Below the pieces are notes generated by a model. It was not told where the DNA came from. It saw only the letters and a list, made by a program, of their open reading frames with translations, and made no database searches. The position numbers were made by a program, and so were the translations under genes. A stretch of DNA of 64,000 nt from Mobula hypostoma (Eukaryota). Numbering within the stretch: position 1 is the stretch's first letter; each line of letters starts with the position of its first letter. The stretch is from assembly GCF_963921235.1 (NCBI RefSeq), contig NC_086108.1, positions 67,024,001 through 67,088,000 of the forward strand. Reading direction: 5' to 3'. Shown one piece after another: positions 49,839 to 62,375 of this stretch.

Positions 49839-51398
49839 GTTGCATGGAAAGGTGATTTTCCTGTTTGCCTGTAACCACTTGCACAGAATCTCATTTGTCA
49901 AGGGTCTCTTTCTATATGACTGTGTACACTACCACAGTGCTTAGTGATTTAAGAATACGAATTGGAGTTGTATCATCACTGGACCATTAACTGGAATGAG
50001 ACAATATGCCAGCCCTGAATGGCTTCATCATGAGATTTGGTTAGTTTAATCATGGTCAAAAGCATTTCAGTTGGTAAAATAATCAGATGTGTTCTTAAAT
50101 GCAAACAAAAGAACAAGGGCAGTCGGGACTTTTTGCACACCATCGAGGAGACATTGGATTGCATAGAAGGAGAGAAAATTTAAAAGGAGCGAGCAGGGGG
50201 CAGTCAGCACATTTTGCATGCCACAGTTCCCAAGGAGATTGCGCAGAGGGAGAGAGTTTGAAAGAAAAGAGCGGAGTAGTCGGCACATTCTGAGTGTGAT
50301 CATTCCTGAACACACATCGAACTGCGTGGAGGGAGCAAGAGTTTTTAAAAAAGTAAACGGGGCAGCCGGCACATTTTGCGTGCCACAGTTCCCTGGCGGC
50401 ATTGGATTGTACATAATTAGGCACCTGGCAAGGTCCAATAAAAAGTTATGTTTAAGCAGAGTGGACTGGTGTTACCACGGGGAGTCAAGGCTTCTGTGAG
50501 GAGAGGCGGAGGTAGATAGATAGATTTATTTTGTTTTTTATTCTTTCTTTCTTGTTGCATATTCAGAACAGTGGCAGATCCAGGCAGGATTCTGGAATGT
50601 ATCTCTTGCAGGAGCTGGGAAGGCAGAGAGATCTCCAGTGTCTCTGACGACTACACCTGCAAGAAGTGCATCCAGTTACTGCTTCTAATAGACCGCGTTT
50701 AGAAGCTGGAGCTGGTATGGATGAACTCCAGGTCATTTGGGAGGATAACGGGTTGATAGACAGGGAGCCGGTCACATCCAGGTAATTGGGTGACTGTCAG
50801 GAGGGAAAAAGATGATAGGCAGTCAGTGCAGAGTACTCCTGTGGCCATTCCTCTCAACGACAGGTGTAGGGCTTTGGACACTGTGGTGGGGATGGGGGGG
50901 AGGGGGGGGGAAGTTGACCTGGCAGAGGAAAGCCACAGCAGTCAGGTCTCCAGCACTGAGTCTGGCTCTGTAGCTCAGAAGGGAAGGGGGAGAAGAGGTG
51001 AGCTGTAGTGTTTGGGAATCTGTTGTTTAGGGGAACAAAAAGGTGTTGTGGACGAGAATGAGCTTCCTGGGTGGCAGGGTCAGGGACATCTCAGATCAAG
51101 TCCACTTCATTCTTAAATGGGAGGGTGAGCACCCAGAGGTCATGATCCACACTGGCAGCAATGACATGGTAGTAGGGCTGATGAGGTACTGCAAAGTCAG
51201 TTCAAGGAGTTAGGCACTAGGTGTAAGGACAGGACCTCCAGGGTTCTGATCTCAATATTGTTACCCATGCCACATACTAATGGGGCTAGAAATAGAAAGA
51301 TCATACAGTTTAACACACGGCTAAGGAGTTGATGCAGGACAGAGGGCTTTAGATTTTTGGGTCATTGGATTCTCTTCCAGGAAATGTGGGACCTGTAC

Positions 51399-52898
51399 CT
51401 GAACTACTACATTGCAAAGTCAGCCTACGACCATCTTAAAAATATAGCAAGTGTTAAAGGGCTTATGTCTCAGCAAGATCTAAAAAAACTCATCCAGGCA
51501 TTTATTTTTAGTAGGCTTGACTACCGTATATGTGTTTCCAAGGTCTCTACAAAAAAATCCCTCAGACAGCTGCAATTCATTTAATAACGCTGCTGTTGGA
51601 ATCCTCACTGAGATCAAGAAAGTAAAACACATCACTCCAGTTCTCAGATCACTACACTGGCTTCCTGTCCATCAGAGGATTGACTTTAAAATATGACTAT
51701 TGGTTTATAAAGCATTGAGTGGTCTGGGGCCAACATACATCTCCGATCTCTTGTTGTATTATGAACCTTCCCCAGCTCTCAGGTCATCTGGGGCAGGTTT
51801 GCTTACAGTCCTCAGGGTCAAAACTAAACATGGTGAAGCAGCTTTTACTCACTGCGCTCCACATAGCTGAAATAACCTTCCAGAGGATCTGAGGTCTGCC
51901 CCAACTTTAAGCTCTCCTTTTTTTAAAAATCTTTTTATTGAATAAGTATACAAAAAAGGTAAGCCATATAAACATTAATACAATGTTAAAGTATAATAAA
52001 ATTTCAAAAGGTATCAATACCAAAAAAATACTACAAACAATGTAATTTAAACATAAGAAACCAAGATAACATAATATTATACTAAATTTTATATATATCA
52101 ATGGAGAAAAAAGAAAAAAAAAACCCCCAAAAAAAACCCACCGTGCAACTAACTAAAAGCAAAACAAAGCAATGGGCTAACTTGAAACCAAACAGAGTTA
52201 AACTTAAAATCACGTCCTCAATCCCGACTTCCATTAAAAACAGTAAAAAAAACAAGAAGGGTAAATATTACATTAAATGAAAATATCGAATAAAAGGTCC
52301 CCAAATCTGTTCAAATTTAAATGAAGAATCATAAAGGTTACTTCTCATTTTCTCCAAATTCAAACATAAAATCGTCTGAGAAAACCAAAAAAAGGTAGTT
52401 GGAGCATTAAGCTCTTTCCAATGTTGTAAAATACATCTTTTCGCCATCAAAGTAAGAAATGCAATCATTCTACGGGCTGAAAGGGAAAGATTACCAGAAA
52501 TTTTAGGTAGTCCAAAGATAGCAGTAATAGGGTGAGGAGAGATATCTATATTTAATACCTTAGAAATAATATTAAAAATATCTCTCCAAAAAGTTTCCAA
52601 AGTAGGGCAAGACCAAAACATATGAGTTAAAGAGGCTATCTGCCCCGAACATCTATCACAAAAAGGATTAATATGCGAGTAAAAACGCGCAAGCTCTCCT
52701 AAATCAAGGCTTAAAACTTTTCCTTTTGCTGTAGTTTTAATTAGAATCTCCTGTACTGTAACTTTCATTTCTTGATTTTTATGTGTGATTTTATATTGCC
52801 AAAGATTTTGAAGTTTGATTTTTATACCTTGTTTTATGTAAAGCACTTTGAACCACCTCGCGTTTGAAAAGTGCTAAAGGAGTAAACTTGCCTTGCCT
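51399..52898 (+). mobile_element. L2-clade LINE 3' fragment nested in the CR1
   Basis: KKLIQAFIFSRLDY and HITPVLRSLHWLPVHQRIDFK; tail taaacttgccttgcc. The CR1 resumes at tacagaaggatgg. Confidence 0.85.
51919..52690 (-). mobile_element. L1-clade LINE 3' fragment nested in the L2
   Basis: C-terminal CCHC domain CDRCSGQIASLTHMFWSCP; AATAAA plus A-tail; exact 10-bp TSD AAGCTCTCCT (51909-51918, 52691-52700). Confidence 0.9.
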
Positions 52899-53965
52899 TA
52901 CAGAAGGATGGTTTGCTCCTGAACTGGAGGGGGATTCATATCCGAGTGGAAAGGTTTGCTAGTTCTGTACTGGGGGGGGGGGCGCGTTTAAACTAGAGTT
53001 GCGGGAGGTTGGAAACCAGAGTGCCAGAACAGATAGTGGGCAGTTTATTTAAGATGTTGTTTAAGCCTACAGTACCTACAAAGTCAGGAATCAAAAGGCT
53101 GAGCATGGTGGGAATAATGTACTAAGTTGTGTATCGTTCAATGCAAGAAGTATTGTAGGAAAGGTGGATGGGCTTAAGGCATGGATCAGCCCTTAGAATT
53201 ATGACATTGTCGTCATTAGTGAGACTTGTTTGCAGGAGGGCCAGGACCGGCAGCTTAGTGTGCTAGGGTTCCATTGTTAGATTTGATAGAGTGAGAGGGA
53301 TTAAAGGGTGGAAGGTGGCATTACTAGTCAGGGAAAATGTCACAGCAGCGCTGTGTCAGGACAAACTGCAGAGCTCATCCAGTGAGGCTTTATGGGAGGA
53401 ACCGAGGAATGAGAAAGGTATAATCACGTTAATGAGATTATAGATCACCCAACAGTCTGCAGGATTTAGAGCAGCAAACTTAGAGAGAGATTACAGACTG
53501 TTGCAAGAAACAAAAGGTTGTGATAGTAGGTGATTTGAACTTTCCACATATTGACTGGGACTCACACACTGTAAAAGGTCTGGATGGGAAGGAGTTTGTA
53601 AAATGTGTTTCGGAAGGTTTCCTTAATCAATACGTAGAAGTCCCATCTGGAGAGAGTGTGATACTACATCTCCTATTAGGGAATGAGACAGGGCAGTTGA
53701 CAGAAGTGTGTGCAGGGGAATAATGCCATTTGTTTCAAGGTCATTCTGGGACAGTAATAGGCGTGGTCCTCAGGTTAAGTTTCTAAATCAGAGAAAGGCC
53801 AACTTTGATGGTGTCAGGAAGGATCTGGCAAGTGTGGATTGGACAGGATGGTTTCCGGCAAAAGTGTACTTGCTAAGTGGCATCCTTCAAAAGTGAAATT
53901 TTTGAAAGTACAGAGTTTGTATGTCCCAGTCAGAATAAAAGACAAGGACAACAGGTTTAGCGAAC

Positions 53966-54086
53966 AACAGGAATTCTGCAGATGCTGGAAATTCAAGCAA
54001 CATACATCAAAGTTGCTGGTGAACGCAGCAGGCCAAGCAGCATCTATAGGAAGAGGCGCAGTCGACGTTTCAGGCCGAGACCCTTC
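53966..54086 (-). mobile_element. Short Penelope-like terminal-repeat insertion in CR1 ORF2
   Basis: Exact 11-bp TSD GTTTAGCGAAC (53955-53965, 54087-54097). The minus strand begins GAAGGGTCTCGGCCTGAAACGTCGAC, inside the hammerhead core. Confidence 0.88.
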
Positions 54087-57000
54087 GTTTAGCGAACCTT
54101 GGCTTTCAATAGGTATTAAGGCCCTGGTTAATAAAAAGAAGGAGGTGTATAGGACGTATAGGCAGGTAGGAACAAATGTGGTACTTGAGGAGTATAAGAA
54201 ATTTAAGAGAACACAAGAACAAAATTAGGAGGGCTGAAAGGTGGCATGGAGTTGCTCCAGCAGTCACGATGAAGGAGAATCCTATGGGTTTTTATAGATA
54301 TATTAATAGGATAGCAAAGGACAAAATTGGTCCTCTGGAAGATCAGGGTGGTAATATCTGTTTGGAACTGAAAGAGATGCGGAAGACCTTAACTGGAAAT
54401 TTTGCATCTGTATTTACTCAGGAGACAAACACAGAGGTAAGAGCTATTTGGCTGTACGCCAGTGAGGTCATGGACCTGATACAGATTGCAGGGGAGGAGC
54501 TCTTTGCTGTCTTGAGGCAAATCAAGGTAGATGAATCCTCAGGGTCTGACAAGGTGTTCCCTCAGAATCTGTGGGAGGCTAGTGTAGAAATTGCAGGGGC
54601 ACTAGTAGAAATACTTAAAACATGTTTAGCCATGGGTGAGGTGCTAGAGGATTGGAGAATAGCTAATGGTGTTCTGTTGTTTAAGGAAGGCTCGAAGAAT
54701 AAGCCAGGAAATTATAGCCAGTAAGCCTGTCATCAGTAGTGGGAAAGTCATTGGAAGGTATTCTAAGGGACCAGATATATAAGTATTTGGATAGACAGGG
54801 AATGATTAGGAATAGTCTCTGTGGCTTTGTGTGTTATAACTTGTGACTAAGCATTCTTATAGAGATTTCTGAGGAAGCTACCAGGAAAGTTGATGAAGGC
54901 AAGGCAGTGGATATTGTCTACATGGACTTTCGCAAGGCCTTTGGCAAGGTCCTACATGGTCGAAAACTTCAGTCTCTGCATTCAAGATGACATACTGAAT
55001 TGGATTAGTCATTGGTTTTGCAGGAGAAGCCAGAGAGTGGTAATAAATTGCTGCCTCTCTGACTGGAGGCCAGTGAATAGTGGTGTGCCACAGCGTTTGG
55101 TGCTGGGTCCATTGTTGTTTGTCATCTATAAATAATCTGGGTGACAATGTGGTGAACTGTATCAGCAAATTTGTGGATGACACCAAGTTTGAGGTGTAGT
55201 GGACAGTGAGGAAAACTATTAAAGCTTGCAGTGGGATCTGGACCAGCCGGAAAAATGGCAGATGCAATTTAATGCAGACATGTGTGATGTGTTACACTTT
55301 GGAAGGACCAGCCAGGGTTCATCTTACACAGTGAGTGGTAAGGCACTGAGGAGTGCAGTAGAACAGAGAGATCTGAGAATACAGAGCCATAATTCCTTGA
55401 TAGTGGTGTCACAGGTAGATGGGTTTGGAAAAATACTTTTAGCACTTTAGCCTTCATAAATCAATGTATTGTGTTCAGGAGTTGGGATGTTATGTTGAAA
55501 TCATATAAGATTTTGGAGTATTGTGTCCAGTTTTGGTCACCTACCTACAGGAAAGATGAAAGAGTGCAGAGAAAATTTACAAGAATGTTGCTGGGACTTG
55601 GGCACCTGAGTTATAAGAAAAGGTTAGATAAGTTAGGACTTTATTCCCTAGAATGTAGAAGAATGAGCATAGATTTGATAGAGGTATACGAAATTATGTG
55701 GGGTATTGATAGGGTAAATGTAAGCAGGCTTTTTTCATTGAGTTTGCGTGAGACTACAACTAGAAGTCATGGCTGAAGGGTGAAAGGTAAAATATTTAAG
55801 GGGAACATGAGGGGGAACTTCTTCACTCAGAGGATGAGCAATTTCAATTTCCTGGGTGTCAAGATCTCTGAGGATCTAATCTGGTTGCAACATATTGATG
55901 CAGGTATAAAGAAGGCAAGATAGCAACTATCAAACAAGAGACTTCCCATTCCCATTCCAATATGTCCATCCATTGCTTCCTCAACTGTCATGATGAGGCC
56001 ACACTTAGGTTGGAGGAACAGCACCTTATATTCCGTTTGGGTAGCCTCCAACCTGATGGCATGAACATCGATTTCTCAAACTTCCGGTAATGCCCCCAAA
56101 ATGCCAATGATTATAAATCTGATTCTGATTCTGTTGAGAGTGTGGACTGAGCTGTCAGCACAAGTGGTGGATATGGGGTTGATTTGAACACTTAAGAGAA
56201 ATTTGGATAGGAACGTGGATAGGAGGGGTATGGAGGGCTATGGTCCAGATGCAGGTCAATGGGACTAGGCAGATTAATAGTTTGGCACAGACTAGAAGGG
56301 CCAAAAGGCCTGTTTCTGTGCTATAGTGTTCTATGACTCTATAAAAGTTTCACCAAGGTGTTTCCTGGATCAGGGAGTACTGTATCAGCTATCAGAACAA
56401 ATTGGACAAACCTGGAGTGCTTTCTCTGGAGCATCAGAGACCAGTTGGGGACCTAAAAGAAATATAAAAAATTATGAGAGATAATAGAAAAAGTAGATAG
56501 AGCCTTTTCCCCAGAATTGATATAACAAATACCAGACGACATATCTTTAAGGTGTTGGATATCCAGTGCCAGAAAGATTGTGGTAATAGGTATGATAGAA
56601 ACCATTACAAATCATTTAGTCAGGCATATAAGCAGGTAGGAAATTGAGAGGCAAAGACGATATTTGGGGAGATGTGCTATTTAATAGTTGATACAGGCAT
56701 TAGCAGCTGAAGGATTTATTCCTGTGCTGTACTCTTCCTTTACTGTACTATATGTTCCGTGTTCATTAATGGGGCCTGAATAAGAAAGTAATATCATAAT
56801 GGCTAAGAGCAAGAAAATATATGAGTGGATGAAATCAATCCTGGAAATTAGGACACAAGCAAATGGCACAGTGACAATCCTTGTAATTCCACACAGAGTG
56901 ACAGGTGTCTTCTTCAATGAAACAGGAGCATTATCAATTGAAGCTGTTACAAATCGCTGAAATCTTCATTATCGAGACAAGGAACCAGAGGCAAGTTGGA

Positions 57001-57340
57001 GGCAATTAGTAATTATATATGAATTTTTTCCATTAACATGCTAATCCTTGTAGAGCATTTTAAAGATTAAAGATTAACTTTATTTATCACATGTACCTCA
57101 AAGCACTGAAACATACTCTAAAATCATTTACATCAGCGATCAACAGAGCAAGAGGATGTGCTGAGGAGAGTTGGCATGGGGTGCCATGCTTCTGGCACCA
57201 GTACAACATGCCCACAACTTACTCATCCGAACCCTAACCTGTACATCTTTGGAATGTGGGAGGAAATCAGAGTACCCCAGAGGAAACCAAAATGGTCACC
57301 ATTACAGACAGTGGTGGGAATTGAGCCTTGCTCAGTGATT

Positions 57341-58482
57341 GAACATAAGAACATAAGAAATAGGAGCAGGAGTAGGCCATCCAGCCCATCAAGCCTGTCC
57401 CGCCATTCAATAAGATCGTGGCTGATCTGTCCGTAAACTCAGCTCCATCTACCTGCCTTTTCACCCATAACCCTTAATTCCCTTACCATGTAAAAACCTA
57501 TCTAACTGTTTCTCGAATATATTTAGTGAAGAAGCCTCAACTGCTTCCCTGGGCAGAGAATTCCACAGATTCACCACTCTCTGGGAAAAACAGTTTCTCC
57601 TCATCTCCATCCTAAATCCTCTCCCCTGAATCTTGAGGCAATGTCCCCTAGTTCTAGTCTCACCTACCAGTGGAAACAACTTTTCTACTTCTATCTTATC
57701 TATCCCTTTTAAAATTTTGTATGTTTGTATAAAATCCGCTCTCATTCTTCTGAACTCCAGAGAGTATAGTCCCAGACGATTCAATCTCTCCTCATAGGTT
57801 AACCCCTTCACCCCTGCAATCAACCTAGTGAACCTCCTCTGCACTGCCTCCAAAGCCAGTATATCCTTCCTCAAGTATGGAGACCAGAACTGCACACAGT
57901 ACTCCAGGTGCAGTTTCACCAGTACCCTGTATAGTTGCAGCATGACCTTCCTGCTCTTGAATTCAATCCCTCTAGCAATGAAGGCCAACATTCCATTTGC
58001 CTTCTTAATAACTTGTACCTGCAAGCCAACTTTTTGCAATTCATGCACAAGCACTCCCAAGTCCCTCTGCACAACAGCATGCTGCAATCTTTCACCATTT
58101 AAATAATAATCTTCCCTTCTATTATTCCTTCCAAAGTGCATGATCTTGCATTTACCAATGTTGTATTCCATCTGCCAGACCTTGGACTACTCACGTAACC
58201 TATCTATATCCCTCTGCAGGCTCTTCACATCCTCTGTACAATTTGCTTTTCCACTCAGTTTGGTGTCATCAGCAAATTTTGCTATGCTACACTCCGTCCC
58301 CTCTTCCAAATCATCAATGTAAATGGTAAACAGCTGCGGGCCCAGCACCGACCCCTGTGGCACTCCACTCGCCACAGACTGCCAACTGGAGAAACACCCA
58401 TTTATACCAACTCTCTGCCTTCTATCGGTTAACCAATCCACTATCCATGCCAATACACTTCCTCCGACTCCATGCATCCGTA
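57341..58482 (-). mobile_element. Young 5'-truncated CR1 LINE inserted into a V-SINE-like element
   Basis: [32 protein letters not shown]. The two ORFs (58187-58510 and 57461-58171) are in frame, split by a single TAG where Trp is expected. Tail (TTCTTATG)n. Confidence 0.92.
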
Positions 58483-59664
58483 TTGCACCGAAAAACATTG
58501 CACTAACCACAACAATACTGTGCCATTCTCACAGTGAACTTTTGCTCACCTCTTATGTAAAACATTTGCTCATGGGACTGGCGAATGAAAATTCAGTCAA
58601 AACTTTTCAGCACGTACATCCAGACGTTCAAACTTTCATGTATAGTTACTATATCAATGGAAATGGCATCGAAGAAATCTGGAGGATTTTGTGCAGCAGA
58701 GTTGACTGGTATAGTTGTTAATTCTTTTTGACTGTACACTACAATGTTCAAGGCTACAGAACTAATACCAAAGTACACCATTGAGACTAGTTCAGTCAGA
58801 TACTGGTAATACCATGTGCAAATGCTCACCAGTTTTCTTAGTTTAGAACAACCATCCGTTTCAGTTGCCAAAGAAAACTCATTTTGACAGCCTGCAGGTC
58901 CAAGGCATCAAACAACAAATAACTTCAGTGGCAATTTAAAAGAACAGTAAAGAGAACTGCAGCACTTGGAAATTTGGAAGTTCATTCAGACCAAGAACCC
59001 TGTTAATATAGTTTCTCGCCTTAAGCATTAATCCCACCAAGCAGACTAAATCTCAACTAAATTAATATCTGATAGTGTTCAAGAATGAATCAGGAGACTT
59101 ACCCAAGCAGATTCAATGAGATTGCATTGATGGAATCCCCTTCAAACTGAAAATCTAATCTGGTGAGGATTTACGACATTTGGAAAAATAAAGTGCATGG
59201 TGTCACACAATAAACAGTGAGCAGGACTGCTCATTACTGTAGCAAGCTTTAAAACAGGTCTATTTTAATAAAACAGGTCTGGTTGAGACTACTTAAACTA
59301 GATTAAAAGAATGTTTTTGGTAGTTCGTCCTTCAAAGTTGTACCTTGCCATATGTAAGAAAGATATGAAAATGTATTCAAAAACATACGAGTTTCTGCAG
59401 ATGCTGGAAATCTTGAGCAATACATGCAAAATGCTGGAGGAACTCAGCATGTCAGGCAGCACTTATGGAGGAGAAGAGCATGGCCTGGATGGTGGGGGTC
59501 CTTGGTGATAGATACTGCCTTCTTGTGGCAGCGTTCCTTGTAGATGAGCTCTCTGATGAGGAGGGCTTTTCATGATGGACTAGGCTGTATCCATGACTTT
59601 TCATAAGCTTTTTTGCATCATTTCGCTAATGTTGACAAGTAGAAAAATGTCTGGAAAAGAAACT

Positions 59665-61050
59665 GTCTATCTGAGATCGACCCTCTGCCCATCATTCCGT
59701 TCTCCAGATCCTCGCCCTGACCATTTGGGATCTTGAGAATCAGATCCACTAGGCCCTACAGTACCAACCTGCGCCGGCTGACACATCTGACAACGGCATG
59801 AACACGCCAGAGGCCATGCTTTCTGAGGTACTCTGATGTACCCACTCCTCTCGGGACATCCAAGTGCATGATGGTCTCTGAATTCTCTGCGATGTCTGTT
59901 CTGGTGGTCCACCATGATTGCAGATATACTTCGTTTTGTCATTGCCTGGCCTCAATCTGCCCAGTCCAATTCCTCCAACCAGCAACCCACTGGACTCCTG
60001 CGACCCCTTCCAGTCCCTCAAAGCTCATGGTCACCATGGAATTCATCAAGGGGATGTTATCTTCCAATGTGGCCACAGTGATCATGGCAGCAGTGAACCG
60101 GCAAATCAGTGAGATGTTCCTCTGGCTGTCATCTGCAGATCAACAGGCAGCCAGAAACAGCCAATCAGCAATTGGACATGTTTCTACGATGTCCCACAAT
60201 TTACACACCTCCTCTACATGGGTAGGTCACCATTTGAAGTGTTTCATGGATACCAACCCCATTTGTTTCCCATGAAGGAGACAATGGTTGAGGTCCCATC
60301 TGTCAGGGCCCTGGTTTGCAGCTTCCGGAATGCTTGGAGGAGGGCACTGAGGGTCGTCCTAGCTGCCAACTGTGCCCACTGCAACCAGACCAACCACTGG
60401 CAGCACTCAACCAGACCACACCGGCCTGGGGACCATGTCTGTCTGTGTGCCCAAGATCTGCCCCTGGCGCATTGGCCTTTGCAAGCTCAACCCACCTGCG
60501 CTTGCATCTCCGGAACCCAGGATGGTGCAAGGTGATATAGTATACAAGGTTTGATGGCTGATAGGTTCATGCCATCATGGACTAGGTGTGCAGTACCAGT
60601 TAGATTGCAAAGGGTATGGAGGAGAGATCTTGGAGGTGCCATCCAGTTTTTGCCTTGGATCCATCACTCATTGAGAAGCTCCACTATTTGGATCATCTTT
60701 GGCCATCACTGCCAGCTGTAGTTGGGCAGGGTGTGTATCCAGTCAAGCCTGTGCAGCCATACACCTCCCAGTCTTCATCCCACTAGCAGGAGTCTCCTTC
60801 TACTCGTTTTTAACTCATCACCTGCAGCCCATTTAAACTCGGGTCTCATTGAATGAGCCAGCCTCAACCAGTTGCTCCTAGCCTTCTGTTACCTTGTTGC
60901 CTGTGGTGCTTACTATCTGTTCTCTCTTGTTTTGTCGCCCCCTCATGGTTAATTATTCTGGAGTCTATTGTTACAGTTACCGTTCATTGCCAAACCGTCT
61001 CCACTACTCTCTTTTGGGTCAAGCCTCCTCTACGTTTCCTGGCACATAGT
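59665..61050 (+). mobile_element. Decayed chromoviral Gypsy remnant (integrase, chromodomain, probable LTR)
   Basis: GRSPFEVFHGYQPHLFP, PGDHVCL, and chromodomain-like gtgcagtaccagttagattgcaaagggtatgg...ttggatccatcactcattgag. Confidence 0.6.
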
Positions 61051-62375
61051 CAGTTCTAAACGATGGATCACGTAAACACTTCCTGTGCTGAATACAAATT
61101 CAATACAGGGACAATTAAGGTACTCCCTTACTGAAAGTATCCTACAGCTTTTCACAGAGGCTCAGACTCAGTGTTACCCCAACCTTACACGAGATGACCA
61201 AAGCAAGCTTAATTCTGCCTCTTGTCTGATGACAACATGTAGTTAATCATGCATCTTACTATATGAGTACTCCCAATAATAACCTGAAATATAAAAGCAA
61301 TCTAAATGTGTCAGCCACTGTAGATAACAGGATATTTTTTTCTTGAGTTAATATTGAAAGGGATGTGACACTGAAAGCTTTTGGCTAATGATCAAGGAGC
61401 TGCTGATAGTCTGTGGTATAGTAAGGGCTGGTCTGGCATCTCGGTAGAAGGGCACACTTCAGTGAATAGATGTTTTCTTTGAAGGCCAATGTAAAGAGGT
61501 CCCCATTTCCACACCTCTAAATTTCAGTGTTGGCACTGATGAAAAATGGGCTCATGTTGTGTAACAGGCTGGTCATTATCCCATTATATACAAGCGCCAA
61601 GGCTCCAATTACGGTTAGCATACTGTCAGCATAAAAGTACTTCAAGGTAGAGTACAGAATGCTAAGTAGTTATCTACAAACATGTTAACGTTTCCAGTCA
61701 AAGAAGGCTTTCGAATCACTGTTACCCATAAAACACATTTTCCAATTCACAAAAGGTGAGAGTCATCCGCCCCATTTTCACTTCAGTTTTGAAGTTCCTG
61801 CTAGTGTTACTTAGTTTCTCGCCTTCCTTGGTTCTGTATTTTCCAGGCTTTTATTTTGAAGAATGTTATAAGGATTAGCTATGCACACTCCCACACCCAG
61901 CCTGTTGATGGATCCGTTGTGAAACAACAATATCATTGACACAGTCTGTGGGTCTTCAAACAAATGTGCAAGGAAGCCACATTCACCTTTATGGTGACAC
62001 AATCCTAAATCTTATCAAAGGAGATAACTAAATGATAGTTGGTGCCGCTTAGCTGCCTCTTGATCTAGTCCAGTCGCTTCTTGAGTGAAATAATACAAGG
62101 ATGTCAGGGGTTTAAAGTTTACAGAAATAATTTCAGTTAGTTTTATAGTTTGGGGTGGAGCAAACTACGGACAGCAAAATCACCTGTAAAACCTCATACT
62201 TACTTTGCCCCAGTCAGTAACTTTTAATTCACTCTTTTGTGCAAGAAGCTATACGTCTGACTTTGAGAGTAATTTTGAAGACATAAGGATAAAAATGTAA
62301 CTGCTACAGCAACAACCATTGATTAGAAGGGCGAGTAACAGCTGAAAGGGAGGTAACTATGAGGTAATTTTCATT

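Larger units (their letters stand above)
50110..56342 (+). mobile_element. Near full-length decayed CR1 LINE (5'UTR, ORF1, endonuclease, RT, 3' end) interrupted by several nested insertions
   Basis: ORF1 CxxC..CxxC-like region about 50595-50675 and esterase-like region about 51000-51400; ORF2 start FNARSIVGK about 53135, IVGDLNFPHIDW, KPGNYS, SGVPQRLVLGPLLF, LEYCVQFWSP; CR1 3' end. Confidence 0.85.

Noticed and set aside
52268..52846. 192-aa minus-strand ORF as a host gene
   Set aside because: It is a chance fusion of antisense L2 sequence with the L1 C-terminal domain across the TSD at 52691-52700.
61811..62002. 63-aa minus-strand ORF in unique sequence as a possible exon
   Set aside because: No recognisable similarity and no convincing exon structure.
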